In this document: piece after piece, positions 53,583-61,574 of the stretch
Layout: the number at the start of each line of letters is the position of its first letter
How positions within the stretch are numbered: the first letter of the stretch is position 1
NCBI GenBank assembly: GCA_040285745.1
Contig: JAUFOR010000004.1
Coordinates: 1,116,001-1,180,000, forward strand
Source of the DNA: Barthelona sp. PCE
Taxonomy: Eukaryota
Direction of reading: 5' to 3'
Length of the DNA stretch: 64,000 bases
The notes under the pieces: model-generated
Told to the model about the DNA's origin: nothing
The model's database searches: none
What the model saw: the letters and a program-made list of their open reading frames with translations, nothing else
Program-made: the position numbers and the translations under genes

Positions 53583-55406
53583 TTATATAATACGAATCAT
53601 TTTGTTATCTAGTATATATTTAATATCAAACTGTTTAATATGTATGTCATAGTCAGTGTAATCATTATTAAATATAAATAATTCACTCTTCATAATATAT
53701 TCATTTGTTTTATGAAAAAATCTTCCATATACACCAGGTCTTGGTGAATAAAAATAATTTTCTTCACTACATTTAGGTAAACTAATTGTGCGTGTATTCA
53801 TGTTATCCATAATATAAACTGTATCATCAATAACAAAAACACTAATATCAATAAAAATTACTGAAATACAACGAATTAATTGAAGTTGAATTGATTTAAC
53901 ATCTTCATCCTGAATTTCTGCATAATGTACAATATCATCAACCCCTAACAGATGTGATTTAGATCCTTTAAAAATAAACTGATTGGTTTGATATTGATTA
54001 ACTATACATTTATAACTCACACCAGGTAAAACAACATTATGTTTTTCAATAATCATTACATCATTGTCTATTTCATACAGTTCTAACGATCTATACCCAG
54101 ATAGCCAAAATTGATTTTCAAAAACATTAATATTTTCAAAAAATCCATCTGCACTAACTTCATTAATACTATAACTACTATGCGACATCTGTCCAATATT
54201 TTCATAATTAAAACTTGTTTGAATTGTGTCTTTCAAAGTAATTTCCTCAAATACTCTTTCAAAGTTAATATAGGCCTCTATATCACCGTTAATATTCTTT
54301 TTAACATACTTCAACATCCATACATCATCAAAATAAAATGGTTGCATGTCTATAATTGAACCATTTCTAACCATGAGGAATTGTTCACTAAATGGATCAA
54401 AAATTACTTTACGTTCATTAAAAAAATATGGTAAAATGTAATAACTGCTGTTCCAAATCTGATTCTTTGCAATAGAAAATGACGTGATCTCTCTCTGACG
54501 AATATTATCAAGAAGAAGACTATATGATCCATCTTTGAAAATAAATAGTTGTTGGTTAATGTCCAAAAATTGATCCATTTTGTATGCAGAAACATCTTTC
54601 AATATAATTTCACGCTCTTCATCATAATAATGTAAAGAATTATCAATATAAAAGAAAACTAGTCGACCAATAATAATGAACATTGTTGATGGCAATTTTT
54701 CTGGCAATTTAACATGTACCGGCTCATATGAACCATCAGGGTTGTAATACACGTAATCATTATTGTCTAAAGTGACAAATCGATGTTTTCCCGGAGTTAC
54801 ATCATAAGCAATAATTTCTTTTTCCACTAAAGGATGTTTAACAGTGAATATTGGACATTCATATTCATCTTCGGAAACAAAAAGAGCATATTTGATCGTT
54901 AAATCTTCAGTATAATACAAAGTTCCATTCATATTAAAACAATTATCCAATATAAAACTATGTTCTTCAGGTCCAAATGGATAAAATTCAAGTGGGAAAC
55001 GAGTTGTGAGTTCTGTGTTGACAATATATGGTTCGTTACGATAATCACACAGAATTGAATACCTTTCATTTATAAGAATTAGGTTTGAGTCATAGAAGCT
55101 ACTTGCCTTTATATGCTCAGATTCTATGAGCTCAAATTCTCCTTTAAAAATATCAGAATCATCATTTAAAACAAATTGGTAAGTTCTCAGATCAAAAACA
55201 TCACGTTCAACTTCTTTCCAACTCCAATAAATATCATCAATGACAGATTTATGTAGAATATCGTTCGATGTTATGCTCCCATTCCCCAATAACAAACAAA
55301 CCTCATTTTTATTTGAGGATTCACAATTATGTGAAACAAATAATCGATCCCCCTCACAAAAATATGAACAATTAGCGCCCCTGTACACTCTTGGTGGTTT
55401 TGGCAT
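53583..55406 (-). CDS. Lineage-specific beta-rich protein, possibly a distant member of the 11132/31175 family
   Basis: ATG at 55406. MP..RVY..FCEG start and F.I..IL..I end resemble the termini of the other two copies. Similar aromatic/Asn-rich composition. Confidence 0.6.
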   Translation of the reverse strand: MPKPPRVYRGANCSYFCEGDRLFVSHNCESSNKNEVCLLLGNGSITSNDILHKSVIDDIYWSWKEVERDVFDLRTYQFVLNDDSDIFKGEFELIESEHIKASSFYDSNLILINERYSILCDYRNEPYIVNTELTTRFPLEFYPFGPEEHSFILDNCFNMNGTLYYTEDLTIKYALFVSEDEYECPIFTVKHPLVEKEIIAYDVTPGKHRFVTLDNNDYVYYNPDGSYEPVHVKLPEKLPSTMFIIIGRLVFFYIDNSLHYYDEEREIILKDVSAYKMDQFLDINQQLFIFKDGSYSLLLDNIRQREITSFSIAKNQIWNSSYYILPYFFNERKVIFDPFSEQFLMVRNGSIIDMQPFYFDDVWMLKYVKKNINGDIEAYINFERVFEEITLKDTIQTSFNYENIGQMSHSSYSINEVSADGFFENINVFENQFWLSGYRSLELYEIDNDVMIIEKHNVVLPGVSYKCIVNQYQTNQFIFKGSKSHLLGVDDIVHYAEIQDEDVKSIQLQLIRCISVIFIDISVFVIDDTVYIMDNMNTRTISLPKCSEENYFYSPRPGVYGRFFHKTNEYIMKSELFIFNNDYTDYDIHIKQFDIKYILDNKMIRII

Positions 55407-55458
55407 GGCTGAAAAAAGTGAAAAAAAGTGAATCAACATAAACTACTTATTTACTGCT

Positions 55459-56118
55459 TTACTCACCTTTTCTTTTCTCTATATCCAAATACAACGCAAA
55501 TAAATACTTAACTGAAGGTTTGATTTCAGTGCCAAAAGCTTTTCGGTGGAAAAAGTTAATTAATTCATATTTTAATGCATTTTTAACTGATAAATCTGTT
55601 TTGTATAACTCATTGAAGAGATCAGTGCGCTCATTTGTAAGAATTAAGTTACCGAAACTGTTTGATAATGCAACAGCCTTCTTTTTTGTGAAACCGTATT
55701 TGCTAGGATCTTTCGTAATACCTCGAACAGTTGGTCTAATGTAAGCAACCGCTTCATCGAATCGATCTGCACCATGTAAAGCCATAAAATGAGAAATTTT
55801 TAGATTCAATAACAAAATTGGTGCTTCTTCAAAAAACTTTAGCGTTTGCTCGCAAGTGTTTAAAAATTCGATAACTAACATGTTTTTCTCAATGTCATCG
55901 GTTTCTAGGATAGTAATAGTATCCTTAATGAAATCTAAATCAAGAACTTCTTCCAAACGCTCAAATAATGGATTATATTTGTTTAGTCTTTTTGAAAGTA
56001 AAACAAGTGATTGTGTGTACCCCTCATGCTTAAAATAATCTAAAACAAACTCATTAGTGATGCGGTGTGGATGGTGCTCGTAATGACGGCGTTTTTTCTC
56101 TTTTCTTACAGGTTCCAT
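55459..56118 (-). CDS. LisH/CTLH-like domain protein
   Basis: TNEFVLDYFKHEGYTQS (LisH), then LLLNLKISHF..AVAYIR (CTLH/CRA-like). Confidence 0.6.
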   Translation of the reverse strand: MEPVRKEKKRRHYEHHPHRITNEFVLDYFKHEGYTQSLVLLSKRLNKYNPLFERLEEVLDLDFIKDTITILETDDIEKNMLVIEFLNTCEQTLKFFEEAPILLLNLKISHFMALHGADRFDEAVAYIRPTVRGITKDPSKYGFTKKKAVALSNSFGNLILTNERTDLFNELYKTDLSVKNALKYELINFFHRKAFGTEIKPSVKYLFALYLDIEKRKGE

Positions 56119-56460
56119 GTGTGTTTACCTAACAATAAGCGTCAATAAAAAGAAAAATTGAGACTGGAAAGGTTAAAGAACAGAATACAGGGTTTGGGCT
56201 GTTGGATTTTTTGTTCAGTCTTAATACGTTTTTATACTACTTTGGATGTTCTGTTGCTGCAGTAATGATACGTTTAGTCTCAACATGTAAGAGAATAATT
56301 AAAGTTAAGTGTGGGTAAAACGGATTGATGTAATATCAATGATTTTGTGGAAATTCTTACCGTTTACGATGAAATTTTACTTCAAACTGTTCCAAAGGCT
56401 GAGTGTAATAAATATTGAGGAGGAAGCTCGCTTCAGTTTTTTTCAACCATATCAACAAGC

Positions 56461-56979
56461 ATGACAGAAGAGAACATTGATAAACGGGAAGAGCCGAATG
56501 TTCAGGGTCGAAAAGCACGTGTTAAAGTCAAAAAGAGACGAAAGAGAAACAAGCGATCAAAAAAGGCAACAAAAAACAAAGAAGAGAACAAACAGGATGG
56601 AGTCAATGATGCATCTATTCTTGTACAGAAAGATGAACAAAATGAATCTTCATTTCTGGAACTATCATCCACTGAATTGTCAATTCTTAATTCTGTTTTA
56701 ACTTCACAGAAGCATAAAAGAAAGGAACAGAATGCAGCTAGCCGCAGACGTTCAGATTTCAAAGAGACTCAAGCTTTAAAGCAAAAGATTCGTAGAGAAT
56801 TAAAGAAGAAGCATATTGAAAAGGATTATTCGGATGTTGACAGAGTTATTCTGGAGAATAAGCGTAAACGCAAATCTTCCGAACGTAAAACATCTGCAAA
56901 ATCTACCAAACAGAAACAACAAAAAGTGAATGGAAAAAGGATAAAATTTGCCAAAATCCTGGTTACAGAGGTCGACTGA
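56461..56979 (+). CDS. Lys/Arg-rich hypothetical (possibly nucleolar) protein
   Basis: 172-aa very basic ORF with an ATG start. Confidence 0.55.
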   Translation: MTEENIDKREEPNVQGRKARVKVKKRRKRNKRSKKATKNKEENKQDGVNDASILVQKDEQNESSFLELSSTELSILNSVLTSQKHKRKEQNAASRRRSDFKETQALKQKIRRELKKKHIEKDYSDVDRVILENKRKRKSSERKTSAKSTKQKQQKVNGKRIKFAKILVTEVD

Positions 56980-57215
56980 GACTCTCCAAACAATTTTGAT
57001 CCTTAACCATGAAAATGATCTATATAGAGGTTTTCTCTATTTTAAATGCATTTTTATAAGTTACAATTCATTATAGTCAGAACACAGTTCTCCCCAGGGT
57101 TCCATTTATCTATCTAATATTTTTACCAACTTCATAAATAAATTTCACAGTCGTGTTATTCCTTTTTACCTATCTTTCGCTTAATTCTCTTTGAATAACA
57201 TTGCATTCATGTAAC

Positions 57216-57980
57216 ATGAGTTACAATAACACCGTTAAAGGGGTTTCAGCTGTTATTCTTGGCAGCTTAAGATACAGTTCTTCTAGTCGTGTTAGATTAC
57301 CAGCACTTAACAACGTGGATCCTGCGTATATGCTGCTTTACCCTATCGGCAATGAAGAATCTGTCTTTCCAACTTTTCATGATGTTTACTCATTTATTTA
57401 TGGGCTTTTTCGGAGGGCACAGGTTGAACCAGAAGCCATTTTGGGCACAATTCCGTACCTAGATCGGTTTTGTAATGCATCAGGTTTACGATTGACAATT
57501 CAGAATTGGAAAAAAATTGTTTTTACATTAATTTTAATCAGTTCAAAGTTTCATGATGATATTTCTTGTAGCTCTAAGAGTTTTCACATGTGCTGTGAAG
57601 GTATTTTTACCCTAAATCAAATGAATGAACTTGAAAGAGTTTTATTAAAAACTTTTCAATATAAATTAATCATAACTAGTGAAGAATATAAAGTATATTA
57701 CTACAGAATGAAGAATGTATGGATTAATTTGGATTTTAATGATGATTCTTCAATTATTCCAGTTGATAAATCAATTATTGACACGTGGAATCTTCCAAAA
57801 CATTGGGGTATCCACAGTATCTTTAATCCGCCAAGTATTGATGAAGCAGCTGGTATTGGAAGCATTTTTAATTCTCCAGGTTTAAGAGTTTTATCAAGAA
57901 CACGTTCTATGGTACATAATAACAGAAATCAGAGGATTTCACAAAGATCTAAGTTGCATAGACAGCAGAGTAAGTTGTAA
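57216..57980 (+). CDS. Cyclin Y / Pho80-like cyclin
   Basis: VYSFIYGLFRRAQ..E..PYLDR, NWKKIVF..ILISSKFHDD, MNELER.LL..QY.L..Y..YY. Confidence 0.85.
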   Translation: MSYNNTVKGVSAVILGSLRYSSSSRVRLPALNNVDPAYMLLYPIGNEESVFPTFHDVYSFIYGLFRRAQVEPEAILGTIPYLDRFCNASGLRLTIQNWKKIVFTLILISSKFHDDISCSSKSFHMCCEGIFTLNQMNELERVLLKTFQYKLIITSEEYKVYYYRMKNVWINLDFNDDSSIIPVDKSIIDTWNLPKHWGIHSIFNPPSIDEAAGIGSIFNSPGLRVLSRTRSMVHNNRNQRISQRSKLHRQQSKL

Positions 57981-58012
57981 TAAACGTTTTCTTGTTTTCT
58001 TCTTTTTTAACA

Positions 58013-58447
58013 ATGGAAAACATATTACCAAATAAGGAAGAGGAAGTTCGTCCGAAACTGACAATTTATGTTCGAAATTTAGATGAAAAAATGAGTCTTA
58101 GTGCACTAAAACGAAATTTGTATTCATATTTTTCAAGATTTGGGCAAGTTCTTCACATTAGAGTGTCGCGAACTCTACCTACTCGGGGACAGGCATGGAT
58201 TGTTTACTCAGAACTTGAAGGATCAGTGAGAGCTGTTCTGAAAGCTAATAACACGAGCTTTTTTGGCAAAACCATTGAGGTTCAATATTCAAAGCAACCA
58301 AGTGACTTCGAACGACAATTAGGGGCGAAAGAAATAACAGCTGATGAAATTAGAGAGCGTGCGACATTGAGGAAGAAGCGTAAGGCAGAATTGGTGGACA
58401 AATTGCAAAAAGGAGTTCCACAAAAGACACAGAGAACGAACAGTTAG
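58013..58447 (+). CDS. U1A/U2B''-family snRNP RRM protein (single RRM)
   Basis: TIYVRNLDEK..LKRNLYSYFSRFG.VL.I..T..RGQAWIVY..FFGK.IEVQYSK..SD. Confidence 0.88.
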   Translation: MENILPNKEEEVRPKLTIYVRNLDEKMSLSALKRNLYSYFSRFGQVLHIRVSRTLPTRGQAWIVYSELEGSVRAVLKANNTSFFGKTIEVQYSKQPSDFERQLGAKEITADEIRERATLRKKRKAELVDKLQKGVPQKTQRTNS

Positions 58448-58620
58448 TCACAGAAATAACAAATGGCGATTTTTAAAAATGTATAGCTAGACGTATTTAT
58501 TGATGAGTGAGCATATCAGGTGGTGGTGGTGTCGCATGAAGTGGCACTTGAGAATTGGTTATGTTAAATATTCTAAAGGTTAAAGCTGTAAATTGTTTTT
58601 TTACGATAATATCGAACTGC

Positions 58621-60207
58621 ATGAGGGTTTTTATCGTTTTTTTACTGGGAATCTTAGCCGTTTTGGCATCAGGGCTTGATTATGCACCAATTACGTCATT
58701 TTCATATGATATATGGAAAAGTGATTCTGACTTGAATGGTGATGATTTTTCCGCTCATATAAACTTGAAATACGATGCCAACATGGCCCCCCTTCCCCCA
58801 AGAACAACATATAAGTTTGGAGACACTTCTGTGTTTAGTTTTGATACTGTTGATAATATTCCGCTGCGAGATTATAAACCTTTAGGGGCATTTTTATATT
58901 CGAGTGAAAACGTCAAATCTACAGAAAACGTTAAATCTGCAGAAATGGAAAGTGATATCAGTATTGTTTATGATAAACTGTCGCTTCGAGATTATAAACC
59001 CTTTGATAGGTTTTCTTACTCTTTATTTGCGGATTCCTCTGCTAAAAGCACCTTAGAAACGGACAAGGAGATATTTTATGATCATCTTAAACCTCTTTCT
59101 AAGGTAAAAGTGCTTGATATGATAAATGAAGGAGATTTTGATGCTAATATTGATAGTACACTTTTTTTGGACTGGTTATCACCTCATCCATTTGACAAAC
59201 TTCAACCGTTGGTGAAGACAAAACCAATTATCGACTTTAGTATTAGCTTTACGTACTATTCAGCATCTGATGAAGACGGCAAAAAAGATGATGGTGTCAT
59301 CATTGAGCCTGTGGTTGAATCAACAGGGCAGGAACCGGAAACGGAACCTATTGAGCCAATTTCTGTGGTAGAACCTGTCATCCCAGTTGAGCCTCTTCCT
59401 GTGGTGGACAAGGAACCGGTTAAGCACAATATTACGACTGAACCAGCTGTTGAACCAATCATTCCTATTGTACCCATAGTTCCTATTGAGCCTATTGTAC
59501 CCATCGAACCAATAGTTCCTATTGAGCCTATTGTACCTGTCGAACCTATCGTTATCGTTCCTGTAGAGCCCATAGTACCACCAATTATCATAAAACCAAT
59601 TAACTTATATGATCACATCACGGTTAATAATGAAGAATCTTCATTGGAAATAACAGTTCCAGAAGGAAAAATCTTTTACATACTGTTCAACGAAAAAACC
59701 TACACAACTAATTCAAAGTTAATTCTTCCTTTACCGTATGGATCTTGTTCTATGTTGAAAATCATAGTCTATGGTGAGGAAGAGACCAAACCACCGTTCT
59801 TATATGAAGTCTGTGGTTCTGTCAGTCCTGTTTTTGATGTTCGAGTCGATATTGAAGGTATGATTGATCATCACTTGGTTATTACCGTAACCAAGGGGTT
59901 CATTGGCTACAATTACCATGTGATGGATACAAATGGTGAATCTATCGTTGAAAGATCATCTCAAAATCCAATCATGATTTTTGATCAAACTGATCTACAA
60001 CAATTCAGTAACCTTGATTGTATGGTGTATGTTTCGGTCAAAACTAAATTCGGATGGTCTGATGCAGCTGATCCTATTAGTATTGATATTAGTAACTTTG
60101 GATATCGTGAAACGCCGGCAATTCCTGCTGGTTCTTCATCCAATAATTTTCCGTTGCTTTGGTGCTTATTGCTCTTCTGTACTGTTTCTTTATTGTTAAC
60201 TTTGTAA
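58621..60207 (+). CDS. Secreted/surface protein with a PIEPIV repeat stalk and a hydrophobic C-terminus (GPI-like)
   Basis: Signal peptide MRVFIVFLLGILAVLA, Pro/Ile/Glu/Val repeats, FN3-like end (VYVSVKTKFGWS), and a small-residue site followed by a hydrophobic tail. Confidence 0.7.
   Translation: MRVFIVFLLGILAVLASGLDYAPITSFSYDIWKSDSDLNGDDFSAHINLKYDANMAPLPPRTTYKFGDTSVFSFDTVDNIPLRDYKPLGAFLYSSENVKSTENVKSAEMESDISIVYDKLSLRDYKPFDRFSYSLFADSSAKSTLETDKEIFYDHLKPLSKVKVLDMINEGDFDANIDSTLFLDWLSPHPFDKLQPLVKTKPIIDFSISFTYYSASDEDGKKDDGVIIEPVVESTGQEPETEPIEPISVVEPVIPVEPLPVVDKEPVKHNITTEPAVEPIIPIVPIVPIEPIVPIEPIVPIEPIVPVEPIVIVPVEPIVPPIIIKPINLYDHITVNNEESSLEITVPEGKIFYILFNEKTYTTNSKLILPLPYGSCSMLKIIVYGEEETKPPFLYEVCGSVSPVFDVRVDIEGMIDHHLVITVTKGFIGYNYHVMDTNGESIVERSSQNPIMIFDQTDLQQFSNLDCMVYVSVKTKFGWSDAADPISIDISNFGYRETPAIPAGSSSNNFPLLWCLLLFCTVSLLLTL
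59443..59590 (+). repeat. Coding degenerate 9/18-bp repeat encoding (PIEPIV)n
   Basis: Recurring cctattgagcctattgtacc / ccatagttcct units. Confidence 0.8.
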
Positions 60208-60279
60208 TAAACAATTTTGAGCATTGTTATTTCTTTTTTCACATTACTCTTTCATTTTTGGGTTATTTACTGCATTTGA

Positions 60280-61497
60280 ATGGGCATGAAGTTACTTTTC
60301 ATCTTCATACTGAGCTTCATAACAGTCTTATGCGTTCCTCCGATTTTTCCCCAATTCACCTTCACAGGACTTATTCAACTTAGTAACGAGATGGTAAATA
60401 TTGAATACACACCCCAGAGGTTCTCGTTTGCTACCAGATCAGATGGCACATACGTTTTAAGGGCTGTAGGAACTTCTGAAACTGCAGATGATGCTTATTT
60501 ATCTTATATAGAGCTACGAAACGTGCATACATGCGACGATAACAACTTCTTTCACTGGATTCGTGAAGATATTGGCGGTTTTCCTCGATTTAATTTTTCA
60601 CATTCCAATAGTGGGAAAATTCATTTGACTTATCCCAATTGTAATTCTGTAATTAGAGAAACCAGTTATCAGTACAAGTATGTAAGACAATCTAGACAGG
60701 CTACTTTCAGTCCTTCGGGTAGATTATTCGTTAATTATCATCGTAGTGGAATGCCTGGTGGTCAAAGTACTGAACCTCCTTATACAAATAGTGCTGATTA
60801 TTTATTCGTCAATTACCCGTTTACTTGGAGCAAAGACGTTCCCAATCCGGTGTTAAACAATCCCACAGCTCCGTACACATGTTCAACAAGAAAAAATGAT
60901 CCTTTTGAATTACTGCGTCATATCACAACAAGTACTGTCGGTTTTGGCTATTTGCAAGGTGATATATATCTGGTCACAGCCGATAAATATGCACTGAATA
61001 TTCATGGCTGGAGTTTAAGCGTTTACTTAAGTGAGACTTGGCCATATGACCCGAACGACTGTGAATCTTTATACACTTGGAAAAATCCTGTACATCAAGA
61101 TAAGGTATATCGATACTGCAAACGATATTTAGGAGCAAACAGTAAGATCATATTTGCTGATTTTTTAACCAATCAAGAAACTGTAACAAAAAACAATGCT
61201 GATATGTTAGTCTGTTGGATGGGTTCCACAATGCCCATATGTCGTATTGTTTATCGTGTGTTGGATAAGCCTAACCGAGTATGGGGAAAGTTATTTTATC
61301 CAACGAAAATGATGCCCGTTGATTCTACAATACCTACAAACCAAAATTTTGCTTTGGGTAGTTATTATGATGGTGAACGTTGGTCTTTTGGATTCTTATA
61401 TAATATTGAAAACAAAATTCAATTGGTATGGGGAAAAAATATTATGGATAGAGCAAATGTAGCTCCTCACACTACTAGAACAGAATTTAGATATTAG
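60280..61497 (+). CDS. Secreted hypothetical protein
   Basis: Signal-peptide-like MKLLFIFILSFITVLC followed by a Tyr/Thr/Asn-rich beta-type body. Confidence 0.65.
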   Translation: MGMKLLFIFILSFITVLCVPPIFPQFTFTGLIQLSNEMVNIEYTPQRFSFATRSDGTYVLRAVGTSETADDAYLSYIELRNVHTCDDNNFFHWIREDIGGFPRFNFSHSNSGKIHLTYPNCNSVIRETSYQYKYVRQSRQATFSPSGRLFVNYHRSGMPGGQSTEPPYTNSADYLFVNYPFTWSKDVPNPVLNNPTAPYTCSTRKNDPFELLRHITTSTVGFGYLQGDIYLVTADKYALNIHGWSLSVYLSETWPYDPNDCESLYTWKNPVHQDKVYRYCKRYLGANSKIIFADFLTNQETVTKNNADMLVCWMGSTMPICRIVYRVLDKPNRVWGKLFYPTKMMPVDSTIPTNQNFALGSYYDGERWSFGFLYNIENKIQLVWGKNIMDRANVAPHTTRTEFRY

Positions 61498-61574
61498 ATA
61501 AATTATTAAAAATTATTTTCTTTTAAACCTTTCTTAAAATTTGTGCAACTGTGTTTTTTACAAAATAAAACTGA

